Shown in pieces: positions 8,552-16,485 of a stretch of DNA of 25,077 nt. The position numbers were made by a program, and so were the translations under genes. The stretch's first letter is position 1; each line of letters opens with the position of its first letter. Origin of the DNA: a virus (taxonomy: Duplodnaviria; Caudoviricetes). The stretch covers positions 1-25,077 of IMG/VR virus record IMGVR_UViG_3300027603_000002; one strand, written 5' to 3'. The notes below the pieces were generated by a model. It made no database searches. It had not been told where the DNA came from and worked only from the letters and a program-made list of their open reading frames with translations.

Positions 8552-9900
8552 TTTCCGCTCCCGTTGTGCAGCCAAGAGGGCAAGACCATTTCGATGCTAT
8601 CTTCCTGTTTTTTCTTTGGTAATTGGTATTCCGACATGGACTCGACCAGGGCAGAAAACATGGCGTCAGCGGCTTTCTCCTTCCGCTGCATATTCGATAT
8701 GACTAGACCTTCTCCGATGCTGGAGACGATGTTCACATAGACTTTTCTTTTCTGTCCGAACCGCCAGCACCTCCTCACGGTCTGGTAGTAGCTCTCGAAG
8801 CTGTGGCTGGGAAATAGGGTTATTTGATTGCAGTGCTGGAAATTCAAGCCGAAGCCGGCAATCTTGGGCTTGGTCACCAATATCTTTATCTGGCCGGCTG
8901 CAAAGGCAGCTAGCCGTTCTTCCTTCTCTTCATCCCTGTCCTTCCCGGCCACTTGGACCGCTCCCGGAATTAGCTTCTCCAGCAAATCCCCTTCCGGGTT
9001 TAGGTGACAGTAAACCAGGGCATAGTCATTCTCAGGCATCAGCTCCGCCACCTTCTCGCACCGCTCAACGATGGTCAGCCGCCTTTCTTTCCGCTGATCG
9101 TCCAGGGTCTTGGCGGGAATGAAGCCGAATCCCGACCTTTTAACAGGGCTGTCTACAGTGAATTGCCGGGTAATCAGCTCGGGCAGGATGAAGCCCTCGT
9201 CGTCAAATCCTAAATCGGAGGGCTTGCGGCAGGCACGAGCCCACGAACACACCCACCGCCAAAACCTCTTCCTGGCGTGCCCTTTTAGCTCCCATTGTTG
9301 GGTGGATTCCCCTCCATTGGTGAAGAACATGCCAAGCATTTGGCCCCGTCCCATCGACCCAAGGGCTTCGGAAGAATTGCCCAGTTCCATATAGTCGTTA
9401 GGAGAGGGAGTAGCCGTTGCCAGCAGCCGGTATTTTACTTTGTGCAAGGCATCGGTTATTCTTCTGCGAAGCTTTCCCTCGTACGACTTTAAAATTCCGG
9501 ACTCATCACAGACTATTAAAGAAAATTGAGATGGATCATATAGATGAAGTTTTTCGTAGTTTGTTACATTGATTCCCTTATGAACTTTGCCATTCCTTGT
9601 TTGCTTACATTCAATGCCAAACTTCTCCCCTTCCTTGACCATCTGAGGGCCAACAGCCAAAGGCGTCAGAATCAATACCGGCTTATTTGTTTTCCTCAAT
9701 ACGTTCTCGGCAACAACAAGCTCCTGACAACTTTTTCCGACGCCGCAGTCCTCGAGCAGTGCCGCCCGTCCCTTCCTGATTGCCCAGTCCACTAAAAACC
9801 GTTGAAATCCGAAAAGGAAATCAGGAAGGATAATTGGTGTAAAGCCAAACTGGTCGTCCGGGTGGACCTTGCTTTTCAGAAATGTCTGATAGTCGCTCAC
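8548..9900 (-). CDS. SNF2/SF2-like helicase of the type usually paired with phage DNA methylases
   Basis: DCGVGKS (motif I), VCDES (II), ATATP (III), GFGLNFQ (V), RRCWRFGQ (VI); GTG 9900 overlaps the upstream TGA. Confidence 0.9.
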   Translation of the reverse strand: MSDYQTFLKSKVHPDDQFGFTPIILPDFLFGFQRFLVDWAIRKGRAALLEDCGVGKSCQELVVAENVLRKTNKPVLILTPLAVGPQMVKEGEKFGIECKQTRNGKVHKGINVTNYEKLHLYDPSQFSLIVCDESGILKSYEGKLRRRITDALHKVKYRLLATATPSPNDYMELGNSSEALGSMGRGQMLGMFFTNGGESTQQWELKGHARKRFWRWVCSWARACRKPSDLGFDDEGFILPELITRQFTVDSPVKRSGFGFIPAKTLDDQRKERRLTIVERCEKVAELMPENDYALVYCHLNPEGDLLEKLIPGAVQVAGKDRDEEKEERLAAFAAGQIKILVTKPKIAGFGLNFQHCNQITLFPSHSFESYYQTVRRCWRFGQKRKVYVNIVSSIGEGLVISNMQRKEKAADAMFSALVESMSEYQLPKKKQEDSIEMVLPSWLHNGSGK

Positions 9901-10175
9901 TTGCTTATTTCCTGTAGGATCTTGTCGGCCTTGAGCATTTCCACCACCTTGGGATAGCACTCGGAGCAGTAGGGACGGCCTTTGACCACCGTCGCCATGA
10001 GCGGAAACGGGACTTTGTCCTCCGCCAGCTGGAAACACTCACGAAAACATCCATTGCAATGAACCGGATAGCCGTCCTTGTAATTGAACAAGCACCTCGT
10101 GCCGTCGGGAATGGGTGGGTTGATTTGCGAGAATCCAGGCACGTCGTTATCGCTGTCCTTGAACGGATCTTTCAT
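9897..10175 (-). CDS. hypothetical protein with Cys motifs
   Basis: HCNGC and YCSEC motifs; ATG 10175 overlaps the upstream stop. Confidence 0.65.
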   Translation of the reverse strand: MKDPFKDSDNDVPGFSQINPPIPDGTRCLFNYKDGYPVHCNGCFRECFQLAEDKVPFPLMATVVKGRPYCSECYPKVVEMLKADKILQEISK

Positions 10176-10582
10176 TCTCGGTACTCCCAAAGGCTTTTTC
10201 TGTATTCCAAAAGGTAGATAAAATCCTGATTTGCCGGTATGTCCTTGAGGTCCTCAGGAAAGATCCTCCGCCCCCACTTTTCCATGGCTAGATTGTCCAA
10301 GCACTTGAGGCAGATAACTCCGTCATTCGGCATTAATTCTTTCCACGGTACTTCGTTTAACGTGAAAAGCGACGGGTCCTTACAGCGACATTTGCAGCAT
10401 ACCCATTCCTTTTCCGTGAACTTCATTTTCATGGGCTTGCCATCGGCAGCGTCATATGGATAGATTGCTGATTTTTCCAGACAGCCCGGCCTGACTTCCT
10501 TCCACTCTTTTTCTTTCAGCATTTTCTTTACTAAGTCCCTCGACTCTTTCTCGGGCAATACTATCAATGACGGGGTTATCAT
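10172..10582 (-). CDS. hypothetical protein with CxxC motifs
   Basis: CCKC...ICLKCL; coupled to both neighbours. Confidence 0.7.
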   Translation of the reverse strand: MITPSLIVLPEKESRDLVKKMLKEKEWKEVRPGCLEKSAIYPYDAADGKPMKMKFTEKEWVCCKCRCKDPSLFTLNEVPWKELMPNDGVICLKCLDNLAMEKWGRRIFPEDLKDIPANQDFIYLLEYRKSLWEYRE

Positions 10583-10920
10583 TTCGGCTTCTCCTTGCAG
10601 TTGATTTCCCTGATCTTGGTCCCGTGCTTCTTCGCCAGCTTGATTAGATTGTCGGTTTCCCTGTCCCTCTTGCCGTCCCGGAAAGCCACCAGCACGTCGG
10701 CCTCCCTGGCCATCCGCTCCGCTTCGCTGTCCTCATGGAATATCTTATAGGCCACCAATTTCCTGAAGCACCAGTCCTCCGCCATCCTCTCGACCCCAGG
10801 ATTGTGGCGGGTGAAAATCATGAACTTGCCCAGGGTCAATTTGGCGGTCAGCTTGTCCAGCTTCCGAAAGACGAAGTCAGGGTCGGTGAAATTCCGGGAA
10901 CCGGTGACGATGATGTTCAT
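10579..10920 (-). CDS. SLOG-family (DUF2493/YspA-like) protein
   Basis: IIVTGSRNFTD N-terminus, ADVLVAF, T.NLIKLAKKHG. Confidence 0.75.
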   Translation of the reverse strand: MNIIVTGSRNFTDPDFVFRKLDKLTAKLTLGKFMIFTRHNPGVERMAEDWCFRKLVAYKIFHEDSEAERMAREADVLVAFRDGKRDRETDNLIKLAKKHGTKIREINCKEKPK

Positions 10921-10921
10921 C

Positions 10922-11110
10922 TCAGTAATTTTGTTCCATGCGCATCATCGGAGGAAAAACAATCACTGATTTGCCGCAGGCAGGACAGACCCATTTCATG
11001 GGCTTAGTTATCACCATCATTCCAGGCGGATGGTGTTGCGGATGCTCGCACGGGGGCTGGAATTGTCTTTCCTCTTTTGGATTCAGCGGTACGAATGGCA
11101 TGTCGATCAC
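10922..11110 (-). CDS. small zinc-ribbon hypothetical protein
   Basis: CEHPQH and WVCPACG motifs; fits operon packing. Confidence 0.6.
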   Translation of the reverse strand: MIDMPFVPLNPKEERQFQPPCEHPQHHPPGMMVITKPMKWVCPACGKSVIVFPPMMRMEQNY

Positions 11111-11125
11111 TCCTAGTAAGGGTAT

Positions 11126-11362
11126 TTATATTCTTTCCACCAAAACTACGTTGCCGATCATACCCATCTTTACTTCATGTTGTTTGCAAGGTGGATCGGA
11201 ATACTTGAGCGGATTGTTGATCCTCTCGGAATCATACCTGTTCGGCCACAAAGGCTTCTGGCAATAGGAGCAAAGTCCTTGCAGACGTAAATTGTTTCGC
11301 CTTTCAATTTCGTTGTGCAAGGCACTGTCAAGATATTCTTCTAGGTCGTTGGGATAGCTCAT
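11126..11362 (-). CDS. hypothetical protein
   Basis: 78 aa with CSYC; RBS-like AGGTGG. Confidence 0.65.
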   Translation of the reverse strand: MSYPNDLEEYLDSALHNEIERRNNLRLQGLCSYCQKPLWPNRYDSERINNPLKYSDPPCKQHEVKMGMIGNVVLVERI

Positions 11363-11371
11363 TTTCCACCT

Positions 11372-11584
11372 TCAAGAGAGGAATTTCCAAATCAGCCAAA
11401 AGTCGATGGCGACCAAGATCCAAGTAAAAACGCTAACCAGTCGATTCCACACTGTTGAGGTCATTGCCATGGATTCCAAGGAAAGAGTCTTCCCGTGCCA
11501 GGGGTGATTGACATCCAAGAACGGTCTTTCTACCAAGTGAAGCAACCAAGCCGGCAGAACCAAAATTTTAAGAAGATTCGTCAC
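11372..11584 (-). CDS. small membrane protein
   Basis: Hydrophobic N- and C-terminal segments; G-rich RBS before GTG. Confidence 0.55.
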   Translation of the reverse strand: MTNLLKILVLPAWLLHLVERPFLDVNHPWHGKTLSLESMAMTSTVWNRLVSVFTWILVAIDFWLIWKFLS

Positions 11585-11596
11585 TATCGTCCCCCT

Positions 11597-11701
11597 TTAA
11601 TAAGGATACTCTGCGGCTTCCTCTTCCTGGCATTCCTGGCAAACGTCGTCCTCTTCGTCCTCCGGGCAGAACGGCTGGCCGCATTCGGTGCAAATAGTCA
11701 T
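11597..11701 (-). CDS. 34-aa acidic zinc-ribbon peptide (MTICTECGQPFCPEDEEDDVCQECQEEEAAEYPY)
   Basis: Manual translation, below the ORF-track cutoff; ATGA overlap with the upstream stop; two CxxC motifs. Confidence 0.65.
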   Translation of the reverse strand: MTICTECGQPFCPEDEEDDVCQECQEEEAAEYPY

Positions 11702-11952
11702 TGGTAAGTGCCTTTTTCAAGGATTTTCTTTGCGTCCGCCACGGGATCATAAAATGCCGTAGTTTCCTCCACGAATGTCTTTTTGGGAGCCTTTTTCTTG
11801 AGCGGCAGCTTCCCGTCCAAGGCCCCGTTGATCGCGGTTTTGACCCTGCCCACCAGGTCGATCAGGGGGATTGGGACGGGCACGAAAGGATCGCCCAATA
11901 GAGCCCACTTGGCCCACAGCTCGGACATCTCGTCGCGGTCGTATGCGTCCAT
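11698..11952 (-). CDS. hypothetical protein
   Basis: ATG 11952 with RBS GGGAGGGG just downstream of a TTCCGATAAT motif. Confidence 0.7.
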   Translation of the reverse strand: MDAYDRDEMSELWAKWALLGDPFVPVPIPLIDLVGRVKTAINGALDGKLPLKKKAPKKTFVEETTAFYDPVADAKKILEKGTYQ

Positions 11953-11968
11953 TGTTTTCCCCTCCCTT

Positions 11969-13372
11969 TCAATTATCGGAACCATTCCAAAAATCGATAT
12001 CGATAGCCCGCTTGTCATGCCAGCTTCCCCCTACCGGAGTCACCGACGCCTCCACGGCCAGGGGCACGATCACCCAGGGCCACGCCTTCCGAACGTCCTC
12101 GGTCATGATTTTTCTTGCCATTTTTAATACTTTGGGCATCTCCATTTCCGGCCCGTCCAGCAGCATGGAGTCGTGGATCTCCGCAACGATAACCGTCTTC
12201 ATCTTTTCTCTTCTCAGCCATTTTTGCAGGCGGATCAGGGACCACAAAAGGCAGTGGAAAGCCGGCCCCTGCACCGGGCAATTCATGCAAAAGTTTTTGC
12301 TGAACAGACCCTCGATCCAGAACCCGGTAGCCAGCCGAAAACCCCCCTTGCTTCGATAGTCCTGATACCACTTTTCCTTGGAGGAATTGAAGACGTGAAA
12401 CCGCTTGTTGAACTTGTCCTCCACCTTTTTGATGTGGTGCTCATAGGTTCCGAAAACCGGCTCTTGCTTCGGGTCGCAAGATCCTAATCGAGTTATTCCC
12501 TTGGATTGCAGCCAATCGATAACCGGGGTTTCGTCCTTCAATTTCAGCTTGGCCTTGCCGACAGCTTCCCAGAGGTTGCGGGAACATTGGACATAGTAGG
12601 AACCGTAAAGGATCGGGAAGACGAATTGATTCTTGGCGTAGAAACGCATGTCCTTGCTGACTTGCTCCGGCTTGCAAAGGAAGCACTCGGCGGCCTGGTC
12701 CCGATGCACGTCGCTAGTTGGATCATTGACGTACCGAATCATTTCCGGGTCCTTCCAAAAGCAGACGGCACCCCGCCATTCCATCGCCGAATAGTCGATC
12801 TCGCAAAAAATATTTCCTTTCCTCGGGATAAAGGCCCGCCGGATGATTTCCGCGATCTTGGCATTCCTGATTATCTGATTTTGGACGTTTGGGTCGGAAC
12901 ACGAGGATCGCTGAGTTATGACCGTATGCAGATTGAAAACCGGGCGGGCAAACCCGTCCACAACCTCCCGACGCAATCCGTCCAGGTAGGTCGATTTGGC
13001 CTTCTTCAGCTTCTCCAGCTTGATGAAGGCTTTCACGAATGGCAGGTCAACATGCTCGAAGGACGCTTCGTCGGTCTTGTACTTGCCGGTCTTAGTGCGG
13101 TCCTTGCACGGATATTTCAGGATGTCGAAAACGATATGGCCCAGCTGCTCTCGGCTTCCCGGCTTGGTCTTGTCCCCGAATTCCCGCCGCCAGAGCTTGA
13201 ACTCGGGAGCCTCCCGCAATCGGTCCTGGAGCTTTTTGATCCTTATAGAAATCTTGGCTGTGGCCTTGTCCAGATAGTCAACGTCGATATGGATGCCGGC
13301 CGCCTCCACCCGGGCAAGGGCCAGGGTGCCCTCGTGGAACAATCGATAGGCGTCCTTGGTGAGGGGCTTCAT
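11969..13372 (-). CDS. polA: family-A DNA polymerase, thumb/palm/fingers half of a split enzyme
   Basis: TQRSSCSDPNVQN, motif A EIDYSAME, motif B RFYAKNQFVFPILYG, motif C EIHDS. No exonuclease domain. ATG overlaps the upstream TGA. Confidence 0.93.
   Translation of the reverse strand: MKPLTKDAYRLFHEGTLALARVEAAGIHIDVDYLDKATAKISIRIKKLQDRLREAPEFKLWRREFGDKTKPGSREQLGHIVFDILKYPCKDRTKTGKYKTDEASFEHVDLPFVKAFIKLEKLKKAKSTYLDGLRREVVDGFARPVFNLHTVITQRSSCSDPNVQNQIIRNAKIAEIIRRAFIPRKGNIFCEIDYSAMEWRGAVCFWKDPEMIRYVNDPTSDVHRDQAAECFLCKPEQVSKDMRFYAKNQFVFPILYGSYYVQCSRNLWEAVGKAKLKLKDETPVIDWLQSKGITRLGSCDPKQEPVFGTYEHHIKKVEDKFNKRFHVFNSSKEKWYQDYRSKGGFRLATGFWIEGLFSKNFCMNCPVQGPAFHCLLWSLIRLQKWLRREKMKTVIVAEIHDSMLLDGPEMEMPKVLKMARKIMTEDVRKAWPWVIVPLAVEASVTPVGGSWHDKRAIDIDFWNGSDN
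11972..11981 (-). promoter_or_regulatory. TTCCGATAAT motif, copy 2
   Basis: Exact 10-mer in the last codons of the polymerase gene, before the next RBS. Confidence 0.65.
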
Positions 13373-13665
13373 CAATCCATCCTGTCCATTTTCTCTACAC
13401 AATCGACACAAAGTCCATGAACGTCTTTATCTTTTTGCGATACATTCTGCCAATAATCACAATTCTCACACCTGAATATCCCGGCCTTTCCTGACCTGTC
13501 CTTTTCCAGGATGTCGAATATCTCGTCGCCGGCCTCTTCGATGCCGAATTCCCATTTCACTTCGTCATAGACATTGCCTTTGCTTCCCCGCAGCCTGTCG
13601 GCGATAATATTGATTTGCTTGTCTGTCAGATCGGCAACCGTCTTCTTCTTAGCTTTTCTTGGCAT
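13372..13665 (-). CDS. hypothetical protein with C-terminal zinc ribbon
   Basis: FRCENCDYW...LCVDC; RBS AAGGAG. Confidence 0.7.
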   Translation of the reverse strand: MPRKAKKKTVADLTDKQINIIADRLRGSKGNVYDEVKWEFGIEEAGDEIFDILEKDRSGKAGIFRCENCDYWQNVSQKDKDVHGLCVDCVEKMDRMD

Positions 13666-13837
13666 GTTTCTTGCTCCTTTCCTCCATCAGTTCGGCAGCG
13701 TCTTCTTGAAGATCCTTGAGAAGGTCTAAGGCGACGCCACGCATTCTTGGGCTGGTCATAACCCACCTGAGAGCGAATTCTGCTCCACGAAGGGCTTCGT
13801 CGGAAAGCTTGTTCAAAACCTGCTTGGGCGTCTTCAT
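13649..13837 (-). CDS. hypothetical protein
   Basis: 62 aa; ATGA-coupled to the upstream gene. Confidence 0.6.
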   Translation of the reverse strand: MKTPKQVLNKLSDEALRGAEFALRWVMTSPRMRGVALDLLKDLQEDAAELMEERSKKHAKKS

Positions 13838-14184
13838 TCGATTGTTTCCCCGTTTTCGTCCACATAGCCTATCGCCAATCCCAAGCCCCTGGCGATTTCC
13901 ATTTCGTCCGTGACCCCCACCGATTCATTCCAGCCGGGGATCTTCAATATCAGCATTTCCTCGCATCTGGCAAGGAATTCAAAATCATAGGCTTTCCAGA
14001 AGTCCCAGCCCTTGGGCAGGTCAGATCGAACCTCGATGGGGTGATTGTGGGCTATCGGGGAGAATACGATCTTTCCCTTTCCCATCAATGCCCCGGCACA
14101 ATGGCAAGCGATTTCAAAGCGAAGCTCCCTTATCACTGGGTTGGGATGGGAATAAGGGCTGGCGAGGTAGGTTATTCCGGGCAT
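13834..14184 (-). CDS. DUF1937 / nucleoside 2-deoxyribosyltransferase-like protein
   Basis: YLASPYSHP, FSPIAH and GWNESVGV..E motifs. Confidence 0.8.
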   Translation of the reverse strand: MPGITYLASPYSHPNPVIRELRFEIACHCAGALMGKGKIVFSPIAHNHPIEVRSDLPKGWDFWKAYDFEFLARCEEMLILKIPGWNESVGVTDEMEIARGLGLAIGYVDENGETIE

Positions 14185-14450
14185 TGCTGCTCCTTTTTAA
14201 GCACGTCTTTGGTTTCCCGTTCCTCCACGATTTCCCACTCCCCCAACAGCTCCGCGTCCGAGCGAAGGTACAGGCTGATGGCGTAGGCTTCCTTGCCGTC
14301 CCCGTTCGGCCTGACCTCCACAAAGGAGCTGATCCCGGAAGCGATGGGGCGGTAAGCAACCCAGCAGCCGTAAAACCGGGCCGTCCTCCAGTCGACTGGC
14401 CGGACCTTCTTTCCTTGCTTGCACAGGACTAAGGCTTCGTGGATGTTCAT
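14172..14450 (-). CDS. DUF2829-like phage protein
   Basis: MNIHEAL...GKKVR..DW N-terminus and WEIVE C-terminus. Confidence 0.6.
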   Translation of the reverse strand: MNIHEALVLCKQGKKVRPVDWRTARFYGCWVAYRPIASGISSFVEVRPNGDGKEAYAISLYLRSDAELLGEWEIVEERETKDVLKKEQQCPE

Positions 14451-14465
14451 TTTTCCCTTCCCCTT

Positions 14466-14475
14466 ATTATCGGAA
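14466..14475 (-). promoter_or_regulatory. TTCCGATAAT motif, copy 3
   Basis: Exact 10-mer, intergenic, before the RBS of 14172..14450. Confidence 0.7.
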
Positions 14476-14482
14476 CGAGTAA

Positions 14483-15028
14483 TCAGCTTTCCCGAACATG
14501 CTCCACCGGCTCGTCGGTGCTGGTCGGCGGCCAGACTCGGGCCTTGTTCTTCTCCAGCTTGGCGAATGCTACCTGTAATAATTGCTCAGGGGAGAAGCCC
14601 GCTCTTCGAGTGGCGTCGCAAACCAGGAACAGGCAATCCACGTACTCCTCCAGATCGGTGGGATTGGCGAGCGTTTCGTCGACCTCCTTCTTGAGGTGCT
14701 TCAGCGGGCCGGCCGGTCCCCTCACATTGTCGGGGCCGAAGGCCTTGCGGGACCACTCCGCCTGGGCGTGCCAGAAGTCGACGAAGCCTTTGTTGTCTTC
14801 CGGCCAGTTATTCAATGCGGAGGTTAGTTTGTTCTTGCCCAAATAATACCTCTCGCCCCAGTTCTCCCCTACATAGCTAAAATCCTTCAGGGCACTTTCA
14901 ACGGCTTTCCTGCACTCGTCCAGGTTCATTTTTCGCTTTCCTTTCCTGGGTTGCGGTTTTTTGGTTAGTCCTCGGATTCGAACGAACTCTCTGTTCAGTG
15001 TAAAATGTTCGTAGGTATTCACGGTCAC
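14483..15028 (-). CDS. DUF550-family dATP/dGTP pyrophosphohydrolase (alternative start 14929)
   Basis: WS..AFGP...GPLKHLKKEVDE...LEEYVD...KLEKNKARVWP. Confidence 0.85.
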   Translation of the reverse strand: MTVNTYEHFTLNREFVRIRGLTKKPQPRKGKRKMNLDECRKAVESALKDFSYVGENWGERYYLGKNKLTSALNNWPEDNKGFVDFWHAQAEWSRKAFGPDNVRGPAGPLKHLKKEVDETLANPTDLEEYVDCLFLVCDATRRAGFSPEQLLQVAFAKLEKNKARVWPPTSTDEPVEHVRES

Positions 15029-15198
15029 TCCTCAAAAACCAGGAAAAGTCCCTTAACAAGCTGAGCAACTATTAAGCCTGTCCAAACAAGAAGCAAAATA
15101 CAACTAGCCCAATGACGGCCATTATTCTCTAGTTTGGCGGCATAAAAACCGACCAAGATGCCCAACAAGCAGCAAAGGGCTGTTGCAGCCGGTTCCAT
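15025..15198 (-). CDS. 57-aa two-helix membrane protein
   Basis: Manual translation MEPAATALCCLLGILVGFYAAK...ILLLVWTGLIVAQLVKGLFLVFEE; GTGA overlap with the next gene. Confidence 0.6.
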   Translation of the reverse strand: MEPAATALCCLLGILVGFYAAKLENNGRHWASCILLLVWTGLIVAQLVKGLFLVFEE

Positions 15199-15203
15199 GT
15201 TTT

Positions 15204-15965
15204 TTATGGTCCTACCCTCCCGTTCTCCACGAAAGCTTTATAGGTCAGGGGCCAGCCATCCGCGAAAATCTTCTCGCAAGCTATCGCCGCCTGCTCGATT
15301 TCGTACAACGGATAAGAGACGAACTTGGCATCAGACTTGTGGGTCCGCAAGGATAAAAAGGCCATCAAAGCTCTCGGATTTGTCGTCACCCAGCAACTAG
15401 AATAAATCCCCACAGGCAGGCAATCGCGGGCAAGTCCGGGGTCGATGCCAAGGGAAAGATTGTCTTCATACATCGAATAGGCAAGATCATAAGAAATGGC
15501 TAGGTTGTAACACAATTTGTCGTATATCTTATCATCTTCGCACTTGGTGAACTTGGGCCTGCCCGGCTTCCACCCATCCACCTTCATCATGGGCCGATTC
15601 CTTGGCGGAACATAGAACACCGGCTCCAGGATTTTGTACCTTCCACTTTCTTCATTAAAAGACTGACCCAGACCCCCGTCATCCAAGCCATAATCCGAAT
15701 AAGCAAAACCAATTCGGTGACGATGCCACTCCCGCCATACGAAGATCGGGGCATGGACGAAAAAGGTCATTGAGGAATGTTCAAATACAGAACCGTGCCT
15801 TTGCTTCATTAGAAAATTTATCAACCCGTAATTCGCGTCCTGGTCCACGAAGGACATGGCCTCTTCCCCCGAGGTGGACACCTTGGCGGCTGCCACGATC
15901 ATGGAATCCCCGCCCACCTTCTGCACCAGGCGAACGGTGATGTCACTGGTCAGCTTGATTTCCAT
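15204..15965 (-). CDS. thyX: flavin-dependent thymidylate synthase
   Basis: HGSVFEH, REWHRHR, NEESGRY, LARDCLP and FLSLR motifs; likely start ATG 15965. Confidence 0.93.
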   Translation of the reverse strand: MEIKLTSDITVRLVQKVGGDSMIVAAAKVSTSGEEAMSFVDQDANYGLINFLMKQRHGSVFEHSSMTFFVHAPIFVWREWHRHRIGFAYSDYGLDDGGLGQSFNEESGRYKILEPVFYVPPRNRPMMKVDGWKPGRPKFTKCEDDKIYDKLCYNLAISYDLAYSMYEDNLSLGIDPGLARDCLPVGIYSSCWVTTNPRALMAFLSLRTHKSDAKFVSYPLYEIEQAAIACEKIFADGWPLTYKAFVENGRVGP

Positions 15966-16485
15966 TTTGCTTCTCCAGATTTTGGATCTTGTAGTTGAGA
16001 TACCAAAGAGCTTTTTTATAATCCTCCAATTCGTTGCCCTTCTTCTTGGCCCGGGCAAGGTACTTGATGCAATTGCCGATCAAAAAGCATCTGTCTAGCT
16101 CCCACGCCTCCAGCACTTTTATGACTTCGTAGGGGTTATCGGCCCCGCCATAATGCGGAGGATGGTTTACGGATTCCTTTTCCTTGGGAATCAACTGACT
16201 AGAGACGATGGGCTGGTCGTGGATGGAGCAGTAGCCAACCAAGGCTGGAGTGGCGCTGGAATGGCACCCGCAAGCATATTTGACCTCCGTAATCAGATCG
16301 GTTTCTTTGGCATCTAAATGCTTGGAACATTTGCTCAAAGATTTTTCATTCGCATCGTAACGACATCCGCAACTGTAGGAATAAACTTTTTCATCACTTA
16401 TAATGTCTAAGTGTGTTGGGCAGTGGAAGGCCACCAAATCCCCGTCTGCCTCGCACCCGCAAAGATAACGAACTTTATTGCTCAT
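15943..16485 (-). CDS. DUF3310 (T7 gp1.7-like) domain protein with three N-terminal CGC...CxxH repeats
   Basis: VNHPPHY...GNCIKYLARAKKKG..LEDYKKALWYL. Confidence 0.85.
   Translation of the reverse strand: MSNKVRYLCGCEADGDLVAFHCPTHLDIISDEKVYSYSCGCRYDANEKSLSKCSKHLDAKETDLITEVKYACGCHSSATPALVGYCSIHDQPIVSSQLIPKEKESVNHPPHYGGADNPYEVIKVLEAWELDRCFLIGNCIKYLARAKKKGNELEDYKKALWYLNYKIQNLEKQNGNQADQ

Noticed and set aside
12506-13420. 304-aa plus-strand ORF and other long antisense ORFs (e.g. 7743..8378, 20613..21134)
   Set aside because: They overlap well-supported minus-strand genes and carry no recognisable motifs.
14483-15028. Z-genome (2-aminoadenine) pathway suggested by DUF550
   Set aside because: No purZ or datZ is visible in the window, and DUF550 alone is not diagnostic.
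13372-16482. Split intein or intron joining the two polymerase halves
   Set aside because: No intein N- or C-terminal motifs at the facing ends, and the interval is filled with ordinary coupled genes.
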